Shown one piece after another: positions 36,197-48,000 of a DNA stretch of 64,000 nucleotides. The notes beneath the pieces are model-generated. The model made no database searches. It was not told where the DNA came from and saw only the letters and a program-made list of their open reading frames with translations. The first letter of the stretch is position 1, and every line of letters begins with the position of its first letter. This DNA comes from Nemertoderma westbladi (taxonomy: Eukaryota > Animalia > Xenacoelomorpha), in assembly GCA_032718475.1 (NCBI GenBank), contig JAUCBJ010006975.1, positions 62,001 through 126,000 of the forward strand. The letters are read 5' to 3'. The translations under genes and the position numbers were made by a program.

Positions 36197-36415
36197 AATA
36201 ACATAATTAATGTTAGAGATTAAATTATTTAACATGGAGCAAGGCATATTCAGGAGTTGAAGAGTACAGTAATTTGAATTGCAGTAGGCCTAACTAATAT
36301 GGAAGTAAAATTAAAATACTAGTTAAATTTATTTTGTTTCACATTTTTTCATATCGTTCTATCTTATATTAAAGAATTGAGCAACAAGAAGTACCAATTT
36401 AAGAATTAAATTACG

Positions 36416-36540
36416 TATTACATGGTAAAAAAACGTAGAACACTTTTTTAAATATTCTCTTGACCATTTATTAACCTCGCTTGCGCTCGGGAAATGAAAT
36501 GCCTCGGGAATAGTGAAAAAAAGCTTTTTCCCATGTAATA
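36416..36540. mobile_element. Small non-autonomous element with 16-bp terminal inverted repeats
   Basis: TATTACATGGTAAAAA ... TTTTTCCCATGTAATA (one mismatch). Internal CCTCGCTTGCGCTCGG hairpin-like motif. Confidence 0.5.
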
Positions 36541-36594
36541 AATAATTATTTTTTTATTATAAATTATTACTAATACAAGCACAGTTGACTTACA

Positions 36595-36620
36595 CCCCCC
36601 CCCCCCCCCCCCCCCCCCCC
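36595..36620. repeat. Poly-C tract (26 C), G-quadruplex-capable on the minus strand
   Basis: Uninterrupted C run. Confidence 0.9.
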
Positions 36621-36945
36621 TATTTGTTTTGATCTAGCGCCGCTCCTGAGGATTACACATACTGTATATTAAAAAATGGAAAATACTAATTTTCTAACTA
36701 CTACTAATAATCGGCCAGCTGCATTGAAACTGAACATTGAAATTATATGCTGGGTTAATAAAAATATTTGTAGGCCTACTCCTACTAGGTAGATCTCTGC
36801 CTAGTATCAGTTCAAAAGCGAAAAGGATACAAAATAACAGGAAGTGAGAAAGTTGTCTCTCAGAGATTTCTCCCCTTAGCGGCAGAGGGCGAAAAAAATG
36901 CCTGAAAGTGAAAATCCGTGATTTATGATCCGTTCAAGCTAAAAC

Positions 36946-37224
36946 TTAATATTAAAACAATAAAATAGGACATGGGGTATATTCCCTCAGATACTACCTA
37001 GCATTTAGGGCCACTTGGGCCACTGTTAGTACTCAGGCACTAGGCCCATCAAAAAACAAAATACCAAATCGATTTTAGTGCTACATAACCCAACCCAACT
37101 ACTTGGTATTTTGTTTTTTGATGGGCCTAGTGCCTGAGTACTAACAGTGGCCCAAGTGGCCCTAAATGCTAGGTAGTATCTGAGGGAATAGACCCCATGT
37201 CCTATTTTATTGTTTTAATATTAA
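36946..37224. repeat. Foldback inverted repeat with 122-bp arms and a 35-bp spacer
   Basis: 36946-37067 is the reverse complement of 37103-37224, with one visible mismatch. AAGCTAAAACTT is duplicated at 36936-36947 and 37269-37280. Confidence 0.92.
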
Positions 37225-38043
37225 TATTACAATCCCTCTAAAGTCGTGGTTGTCAACATCATATAATTAAGCTAAAACTTGTCAGGTATGTGTTAGAACA
37301 CATATGGAATGTACTAGAACACATCCTGTGTCTTTGTGGGGTCGGGAATCTGTATGTAGTTCTCCAGTATGCCGCTAGAGGGCGGAATATATGAAATCGC
37401 TCGTGGGCTGAAATGATATTCTAGACGTCAGACTGAGTTTTTGTGAGTTTTTAAATCGATTGTCCCCTATACACTCTTGTAAAGTGAATAGGGGACATCT
37501 GCTTAGATTTCGCTTATAATTCTTACGAGTCTATAGTATTTTTAATTTGGCATAATTCAGAATTTTCCGGTGATTTTAATTAATGGTGATATCTGCATAG
37601 CATTTTAGTTTTTGAGATCGGCCTACAGCTATTTAAATATTCAACTAATTAAATAAATTATTAGTTTATAAAATAACTATATTTTTATTCTTCTTCTTTT
37701 AATCAATTAAATTGATAGAGTAAAAATAATTATGAATTATTGACGTTGACGATTGAAAGTGATGATTGCTAATAATAATATTAAATAATCGAATTTAAAT
37801 ACAAAAAAATAAACAGATACGGCCATTATGGAACTCGAGTGCATATTAGTATTAGTGTATATACAGTATTAGTAAGTAATGGAGAAGTGTCCATTCCACT
37901 AATCGGCAAGAATGGAATCATGGGGACAATGAAGAACGAGTGAAGAAAATGTACGGGATAGGGCATATAGGCCTACAGCGTAGTGCAGTAGTGTACGTAC
38001 AGTACGGACATAAACAGTCTAACAATATTTACTGAAACGTCCG

Positions 38044-38140
38044 TAGGGCTGGGAATCCCAGAAGGTTATTGAAATCCAGGGATTCCGGGATCAGAAATGG
38101 TCCAATCGCGGGATAAATCCTGGGATTTAGAATCTCAGGA
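38044..38140 (+). mobile_element. Possible hAT-like element terminus
   Basis: TAGGGCTGGGAATCCC start followed by repeated GGGAT/ATCC motifs. Confidence 0.4.
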
Positions 38141-38446
38141 ATAATGCTGGTGAAAAAATATTACAGTATTGTCAATCAATACCATTGAATATCCCTCTAT
38201 TTAATATAATTTATATCTATTATTATCTATTAACCTTTAGTTAACCTAATATTATCCTACTGTATAACATTATACTACAGTACTATACCTATCCCTCCAA
38301 CAACCCCGCCTCCACCAACCACTATTTTAATATATGTCGTACTACCATAGTGATCTCTATGTACTATCTGTTTATTGGCTATGCTTATTCCGGTCAAAGT
38401 CCGTCTTTCTACACCACCCCCACCCCCCCTCCCCTCTCCCCTTAAA

Positions 38447-38860
38447 GAAAATTAATATATTCTTTAAATAAATAACCTAATATATTTCTGCCACTAGGGC
38501 CTCATCAGAGTAAAGCAATGCCTAACCAAACTAGACTAGTGTAGTCTAGATAAATCGAAAGATTTATTTTAAAGACTTTTAGATTTATTAGTCCAGTGTG
38601 GTCTAGTTTGGTTCACTCTGATGATGGCCATAGTGGCAGAAACATAGAGTGTAAACGCTACGCCGACAACCGACAACCGACAACCGACAACCAACGCCGA
38701 CAACCATTATTAAAGCTAATTTATGTTATTTATTAATTAGGGAAAGGATTTTCATATCTTCCGTTATCGGCAGTGCAGTGGTTGTCGGCTGTCGGTTGTC
38801 GGCGTAGCGTTTAAACCCAGAAATAAATTATTTATTTTATTTAAAGAAGATATAAATTTT
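38447..38860. mobile_element. Degenerate inverted repeat carrying two minimal hammerhead-ribozyme-like cores (Penelope-like terminal relic)
   Basis: Plus strand: CTGATGA-TGGCCATAGTGGCA-GAAAC at 38618-38643. Minus strand: CTGATGA-GGCCCTAGTGGCA-GAAATATATT at 38508-38479. Flanks are mutually inverted (AACCAAACTAGAC / GTCTAGTTTGGTT). Confidence 0.55.
38647..38818. mobile_element. MITE (about 172 bp) with roughly 29-bp TIRs and CCGACAA subterminal repeats
   Basis: GAGTGTAAACGCTACGCCGACAACCGACA ... TGTCGGTTGTCGGCGTAGCGTTTAAACCC. Confidence 0.75.
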
Positions 38861-39004
38861 AGCAACGAGAGAAGTCCCCAACTCAGACTCTATTGTAATG
38901 TTGAATTAACCGGTCTAAAGTTACTTGCCGGTATCTTAAGTAAGTACAGTACATAGGATCACAAAGAATCCAATTTCAGTACTAAACTAAAGGTGGACCT
39001 TTGT

Positions 39005-42000
39005 CCTATAGGTGGGTCAACATTGAAACACTGGCACTACTGTGGAACATGGTTGCCCTATAGGTGGGTCAACATTGAAACACTGGCACTACTGTGGAAC
39101 ATGGTTGCCCTATAGGTGGGTCAACATTGAAACACTGGCACTACTGTGGAACATGGTTGCCCTATAGGTGGGTCAACATTGAAACACTGGCACTACTGTG
39201 AACATGGCTGACCTATAGGTGGGTCAACATTGAAACACTGGCACTACTGTGGAACATGGTTGCTCTATAGGTGGGTCAACATTGAAACACTGGCACTAAT
39301 GTAGAACATGGTTGCTCTATAGGTGGGTCAACATTGAAACACTGGCACTACTGTGGAACATGGTTGCTCTATAAGTGGGTCAATATTGAAACACTGGCAC
39401 TACTGTGGAACATGGTTGACCTAAAGGTGGGTCAACATTGAAACACTGTCACTACTATAGAACATGGTTGCTCTATAGGTGGGTCAATATTGAAACACTG
39501 GCACTACTGTGGAACATGGTTGCCCTATAGGTGGGTCAACATTGAAACACTGGCACTACTGTGGAACATGGTTGACCTAAAGGTGGGTCAACATTGAAAC
39601 ACTGTTACTACTATAGAACATGGTTGCCCTATACATAGGTGGGTCAACATTGAAACACTGGCACTACTGTGGAACATGGTTGCTCTATAGGTGGGTCAAC
39701 ATTGAAACACTGGCACTACTGTGGAACATGGTTGACCTAAAGGTGGGTCAACATTGAAACACTGTCACTACTATAGAACATGGTTGCCCTATACATAGGT
39801 GGGTCAACATTGAAACACTGGCACTACTGTGGAACATGGTTGCCCTATAGGTGGGTCAACATTGAAACACTGGCACTACTGTGGAACATGGTTGCTCTAT
39901 AGGTGGGTCAGCATTGAAACACTGGGACTACTGTGGAACATGGTTGCCCTATACAATAGGTGGGTCAACATTGAAACACTGGCACTACTGTGGAACATGG
40001 TTGACCTATACAATAGGTGGGTCAACATTGAAACACTGGCACTACTGTGGAACATGGTTGACCTAAAGGTGGGTCAACATTGAAACACTGTCACTACTAT
40101 AGAACATGGTTGCCCTATAGGTGGGTCAACATTGAAACACTGGCACTACTGTGGAACATGGTTGCCCTATAGGTGGGTCAACATTGAAACACTGGCACTA
40201 CTGTGGAACATGGTTGCCCTATAGGTGGGCCAACATTGAAACACTGGCACTACTGTGGAACATGGTTGCTCTATAGGTGGGTCAACATTGAAACACTGGC
40301 ACTACTGTGGAACATGGTTGCCCTATAGGTGGGTCAACATTGAAACACTGGCACTACTGTGGAACATGGTTGCTCTATAAGTGGGCCAACATTGAAACAC
40401 TGGCACTACTGTGGAACATGGTTGCTCTATAGATGGGTCAACATTGAAACACTGGCACTACTGTGGAACATGGTTGCTCTATAGGTGGGTCAATATTGAA
40501 ACACTGGCACTACTGTGGAACATGGTTGCTCTATAGGTGGCTCAACATTGAAACACTGGCACTAAACTGTGGAACATGGCTGCTCTATAGGTGGGTCAAC
40601 ATTGAAACACTGGCACTACTGTGGAACATGGTTGCTCTATAGGTGGGTCAATATTGAAACACTGGCACTACTGTGGAACATGGTTGCTCTATAGGTGGGT
40701 CAACATTGAAACACTGGCACTACTGTGGAACATGGTTGCTCTATAGGTGGCTCAACATTGAAACACTGGCACTAAACTGTGGAACATGGCTGCTCTATAG
40801 GTGGGTCAACATTGAAACACTGGCACTACTGTGGAACATGGTTGCTCTATAGGTGGGTCAATATTGAAACACTGGCACTACTGTGGAACATGGTTGCCCT
40901 ATAGGTGGGTCAATATTGAAACACTGGCACTACTGTGGAACATGGTTGCTCTATAGGTGGGTCAACATTGAAACACTGGCACTACTGTGGAACATGGTTG
41001 CTCTATAGGTGGGTCAATATTGAAACACTGGCACTACTGTGGAACATGGTTGCTCTATAGGTGGGACAACATTGAAACACTGGCACTACTGTGGAACATG
41101 GTTGCTCTATAGGTGGGTCAATATTGAAACACTGGCACTACTGTGGAACATGGTTGACCTAAAGGTGGGTCAACATTGAAACACTGTCACTACTATAGAA
41201 CATGGTTGCCCTATACATAGGTGGGTCAACATTGAAACACTGGCACTACTGTGGAACATGGTTGACCTAAAGGTGGGTTAACATTGAAACACTGTCACTA
41301 CTATAGAACATGGTTGCCCTATACATAGGTGGGTCAACATTGAAACACTGGCACTACTGTGGAACATGGTTGCCCTATAGGTGGGTCTACATTGAAACAC
41401 TGGCACTACTGTGGAACATGGTTGCTCTATAGGTGGGTCAACATTGAAACACTGGCACTACTGTGGAACATGGTTGCCCTATAGGTGAGTCAACATTGAA
41501 ACACTGGCACTACTGTGGAACATGGTTGCTCTATAGGTGGGTCAACATTGAAACACTGGCACTACTGTGGAACATGGTTGCCCTATAGGTGGGTCTACAT
41601 TGAAACACTGGCACTACTGTGGAACATGGTTACCCTATACAGTAGGTGGGCCAACATTGAAACACTGGCACTACTGTGGAACATGGTTGCCCTATAGGTG
41701 GGTCAACATTGAAACACTGGCACTACTGTGGAACATGGTTGCTCTATAAGTGGGCCAACATTGAAACACTGGCACTACTGTGGAACATGGTTGCCCTATA
41801 GGTGAGTCAACATTGAAACACTGGCACTACTGTGGAACATGGTTGCCCTATAGGTGGGTCAACATTGAAACACTGGCACTACTGTGGAACATGGTTGCTC
41901 TATAAGTGGGCCAACATTGAAACACTGGCACTACTGTGGAACATGGTTGCTCTATAGGTGGCTCAACATTGAAACACTGGCACTAAACTGTGGAACATGG

Positions 42001-45000
42001 CTGCTCTATAGGTGGGTCAACATTGAAACACTGGCACTACTGTGGAACATGGTTGCTCTATAGGTGGATCAATATTGAAACACTGGCACTACTGTGGAAC
42101 ATGGTTGCCCTATAGGTGGGTCAACATTGAAACACTGGCACTACTGTGGAACATGGTTGCTCTATAGGTGGGTCAACATTGAAACACTGGCACTACTGTG
42201 GAACATGGTTGCCCTATAGGTGGGCCAACATTGAAACACTGGCACTACTGTGGAACATGGTTGCTCTATAGGTGGGTCAACATTGAAACACTGGCACTAC
42301 TGTGGAACATGGTTGCCCTATAGGTGGGCCAACATTGAAACACTGGCACTACTGTGGAACATGGTTGCTCTATAGGTGGGTCAACATTGAAACACTGGCA
42401 CTACTGTGGAACATGGTTGCCCTATAGGTGGGCCAACATTGAAACACTGGCACTACTGTGGAACATGGTTGCTCTATAGGTGGGTCAACATTGAAACACT
42501 GGCACTACTGTGGAACATGGTTGCCCTATAGGTGGGTCAACATTGAAACACTGGCACTACTGTGGAACATGGTTGCTCTATAGGTGGGTCAACATTGAAA
42601 CACTGGCACTACTGTGGAACATGGTTGCCCTATAGGTGGGTCAACATTGAAACACTGGCACTACTGTGGAACATGGTTGCCCTATACAGTAGGTGGGCCA
42701 ACATTGAAACACTGGCACTACTGTGGAACATGGTTGCCCTATAGGTGGGTCAACATTGAAACACTGGCACTACTGTGGAACATGGTTGCTCTATAGGTGG
42801 GTCAACATTGAAACACTGGCACTACTGTGGAACATGGTTGACCTAAAGGTGGGTCAACATTGAAACACTGGCACTACTGTGGAACATGGTTGACCTATAG
42901 GTGGGTCAACATTGAAACACTGGCACTACTGTGGAACATGGTTGACCTATAGGTGGGTCAACATTGAAACACTGGCACTACTGTGGAACATGGTTGCTCT
43001 ATAGGTGGGTCAATATTGAAACACTGGCACTAAACTGTGGAACATGGCTGCTCTATAGGTGGGTCAACATTGAAACACTGGCACTACTGTGGAACATGGT
43101 TGCTCTATAGGTGGGTCAATATTGAAACACTGGCACTACTGTGGAACATGGTTGCCCTATAGGTGGGTCAACATTGAAACACTGGCACTACTGTGGAACA
43201 TGGTTGCTCTATAGGTGGGTCAACATTGAAACACTGGCACTACTGTGGAACATGGTTGCCCTATAGGTGGGTCAACATTGAAACACTGGCACTACTGTGG
43301 AACATGGTTGCCCTATACAGTAGGTGGGCCAACATTGAAACACTGGCACTACTGTGGAACATGGTTGCCCTATAGGTGGGTCAACATTGAAACACTGGCA
43401 CTACTGTGGAACATGGTTGCTCTATAGGTGGGTCAACATTGAAACACTGGCACTACTGTGGAACATGGTTGCCCTATACAGTAGGTGGGCCAACATTGAA
43501 ACACTGGCACTACTGTGGAACATGGTTGCCCTATAGGTGGGTCAACATTGAAACACTGGCACTAACTGTGGAACATGGTTGCCCTATAGGTGGGTCAACA
43601 TTGAAACACTGGCACTACTGTGGAACATGGTTGCTCTATAGGTGGGTCAACATTGAAACACTGGCACTACTGTGGAACATGGTTGCTCTATAGGTGGCTC
43701 AACATTGAAACACTGGCACTAAACTGTGGAACATGGCTGCTCTATAGGTGGGTCAACATTGAAACACTGGCACTACTGTGGAACATGGTTGCTCTATAGG
43801 TGGGTCAACATTGAAACACTGGCACTACTGTGGAACATGGTTGCCCTATAGGTGGGTCAACATTGAAACACTGGCACTACTGTGGAACATGGTTGCCCTA
43901 TACAGTAGGTGGGCCAACATTGAAACACTGGCACTACTGTGGAACATGGTTGCCCTATAGGTGGGTCAATATTGAAACACTGGCACTACTGTAGAACATG
44001 GTTGCCCTATAGGAGGGTCAACATTGAAACACTGGCACTACTGTGGAACATGGTTGCCCTATAGGAGGGTCAACATTGAAACACTGGCACTAATGTAGAA
44101 CATGGTTGCCCTATAGGTGGGTCAACATTGAAACACTGGCACTACTGTAGAACATGGTTGACCTATAGGTGGGTCAACATTGAAACACTGGCACTACTGT
44201 GGAACATGGTTGCTCTATAGGTGGGTCAACATCGAAACACTGGCACTAATGTAGAACATGGTTGACCTATAGGTGGTCAACATTGAAACACTGGCACTAC
44301 TGTGGAACATGGTTGCCCTATAGGAGGGTCAACATTGAAACACTAGCACTAATGTAGAACATGGTTGCTCTATAGGTGGGTCAACATTGAAACACTGGCA
44401 CTACTGTGGAACATGGTTGCCCTATAGGTGGGTCAATATTGAAACACTGGCACTACTGTGGAACATGGTTGCCCTATAGGAGGGTCAACATTGAAACACT
44501 GGCACTACTGTAGAACATGGTTGACCTATAGGTGGGTCAACATTGAAACACTGGCACTACTGTGGAACATGGTTGCTCTATAGGTGGGTCAACATCGAAA
44601 CACTGGCACTAATGTAGAACATGGTTGACCTATAGGTGGTCAACATTGAAACACTGGCACTACTGTGGAACATGGTTGCCCTATAGGAGGGTCAACATTG
44701 AAACACTAGCACTAATGTAGAACATGGTTGCTCTATAGGTGGGTCAACATTGAAACACTGGCACTACTGTAGAACATGGTTGACCTATAGGTGGTCAACA
44801 TTGAAACACTGGCACTACTGTGGAACATGGTTGCCCTATAGGAGGGTCAACATTGAAACACTAGCACTAATGTAGAACATGGTTGCTCTATAGGTGGGTC
44901 AACATTGAAACACTGGCACTACTGTGGAACATGGTTGCTCTATAGGTGGGTCAACATCGAAACACTGGCACTAATGTAGAACATGGTTGACCTATAGGTG

Positions 45001-48000
45001 GTCAACATTGAAACACTGGCACTACTGTGGAACATGGTTGCCCTATAGGAGGGTCAACATTGAAACACTAGCACTAATGTAGAACATGGTTGCTCTATAG
45101 GTGGGTCAACATTGAAACACTGGCACTACTGTGGAACATGGTTGCCCTATAGGTGGGTCAATATTGAAACACTGGCACTACTGTGGAACATGGTTGCCCT
45201 ATAGGTGGGTCAACATTGAAACACTGGCACTACTGTGGAACATGGTTGCTCTATAGGTGGCTCAACATTGAAACACTGGCACTACTGTGGAACATGGTTG
45301 CTCTATAGGTGGGTCAACATCGAAACACTGGCACTAATGTAGAACATGGTTGACCTATAGGTGGTCAACATTGAAACACTGGCACTACTGTGGAACATGG
45401 TTGCCCTATAGGAGGGTCAACATTGAAACACTAGCACTAATGTAGAACATGGTTGCTCTATAGGTGGGTCAACATTGAAACACTGGCACTACTGTGGAAC
45501 ATGGCTGCTCTATAGGTGGGTCAACATTGAAACACTGGCACTACTGTGGAACATGGTTGCTCTATAGGTGGGTCAATATTGAAACACTGGCACTACTGTG
45601 GAACATGGTTGCTCTATAGGTGGGTCAATATTGAAACACTGGCACTACTGTGGAACATGGTTGCCCTATAGGTGGGTCAATATTGAAACACTGGCACTAC
45701 TGTGGAACATGGTTGCTCTATAGGTGGGTCAACATTGAAACACTGGCACTACTGTGGAACATGGTTGCTCTATAGGTGGGTCAACATTGAAACACTGGCA
45801 CTACTGTGGAACATGGTTGCTCTATAGGTGGGTCAACATCGAAACACTGGCACTAATGTAGAACATGGTTGACCTATAGGTGGTCAACATTGAAACACTG
45901 GCACTACTGTGGAACATGGTTGCCCTATAGGAGGGTCAACATTGAAACACTAGCACTAATGTAGAACATGGTTGCTCTATAGGTGGGTCAACATTGAAAC
46001 ACTGGCACTACTGTGGAACATGGCTGCTCTATAGGTGGGTCAACATTGAAACACTGGCACTACTGTGGAACATGGTTGCCCTATAGGTGAGTCAACATTG
46101 AAACACTGGCACTACTGTGGAACATGGTTGCCCTATAGGAGGGTCAACATTGAAATACTGGCACTACTGTGGAACATGGTTGCTCTATAGGTGGGTCAAC
46201 ATTGAAACACTGGCACTACTATAGAACATGGTTGCCCTATACATAGGTGGGTCAACATTGAAACACTGGCACTACTGTGGAACATGGTTGCTCTATAGGT
46301 GGGTCAACATTGAAACACTGGCACTACTGTGGAACATGGTTGACCTATAGGTGGGTCAACATTGAAACACTGGCACTACTGTGGAACATGGTTGCCCTAT
46401 AGGTGGGTCAACATTGAAACACTGGCACTACTGTGGAACATGGTTGCCCTATAGGTGAGTCAACATTGAAACACTGGCACTACTGTGGAACATGGTTGCT
46501 CTATAGGTGGGTCAATATTGAAACACTGGCACTACTGTGGAACATGGTTGCTCTATAGGTGGGTCAATATTGAAACACTGGCACTACTGTGGAACATGGT
46601 TGCTCTATAGGTGGGTCAATATTGAAACACTGGCACTACTGTGGAACATGGTTGCTCTATAGGTGGCTCAACATTGAAACACTGGCACTACTGTGGAACA
46701 TGGTTGCTCTATAGGTGGGTCAATATTGAAACACTGGCACTACTGTGGAACATGGTTGCTCTATAGGTGGCTCAACATTGAAACACTGGCACTACTGTGG
46801 AACATGGTTGCTCTATAGGTGGGTCAATATTGAAACACTGGCACTACTGTGGAACATGGTTGCTCTATAGGTGGGTCAATATTGAAACACTGGCACTACT
46901 GTGGAACATGGTTGCTCTATAGGTGAGTCAACATTGAAACACTGGCACTACTGTGGAACATGGTTGCTCTATAGGTGGGTCAATATTGAAACACTGGCAC
47001 TACTGTGGAACATGGTTGCTCTATAGGTGGCTCAACATTGAAACACTGGCACTACTGTGGAACATGGTTGCTCTATAGGTGGGTCAATATTGAAACACTG
47101 GCACTACTGTGGAACATGGTTGCTCTATAGGTGGGTCAATATTGAAACACTGGCACTACTGTGGAACATGGTTGCCCTATAGGTGGGTCAACATTGAAAC
47201 ACTGGCACTAATGTAGAACATGGTTGCTCTATAGGTGGGTCAATATTGAAACACTGGCACTACTGTGGAACATGGTTGCCCTATAGGTGGGTCAACATTG
47301 AAACACTGGCACTACTGTGGAACATGGTTGCCCTATAGGTGGGTCAACATTGAAACACTGGCACTACTGTGGAACATGGTTGCTCTATAGGTGGGTCAAT
47401 ATTGAAACACTGGCACTACTGTGGAACATGGTTGCTCTATAGGTGGGTCAACATCGAAACACTGGCACTAATGTAGAACATGGTTGACCTATAGGTGGTC
47501 AACATTGAAACACTGGCACTACTGTGGAACATGGTTGCTCTATAGGTGGCTCAACATTGAAACACTGGCACTAAACTGTGGAACATGGTTGCCCTATAGG
47601 TGGGTCAACATTGAAACACTGGCACTACTGTGGAACATGGTTGCTCTATAGGTGGGTCAACATCGAAACACTGGCACTAATGTAGAACATGGTTGACCTA
47701 TAGGTGGTCAACATTGAAACACTGGCACTACTGTGGAACATGGTTGCTCTATAGGTGGGTCAATATTGAAACACTGGCACTACTGTGGAACATGGTTGCT
47801 CTATAGGTGGGTCAATATTGAAACACTGGCACTACTGTGGAACATGGTTGCTCTATAGGTGGGTCAATATTGAAACACTGGCACTACTGTGGAACATGGT
47901 TGCTCTATAGGTGGGTCAATATTGAAACACTGGCACTACTGTGGAACATGGTTGCCCTATAGGTGGCTCAACATTGAAACACTGGCACTACTGTGGAACA

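Noticed and set aside
39005-39120. 52-bp monomer as a tandem hammerhead ribozyme (CTGTGGA - hairpin - GAAAC)
   Set aside because: The core reads CUGUGGA rather than CUGANGA, there is no NUH cleavage triplet, and stem I cannot form. The resemblance is only superficial.
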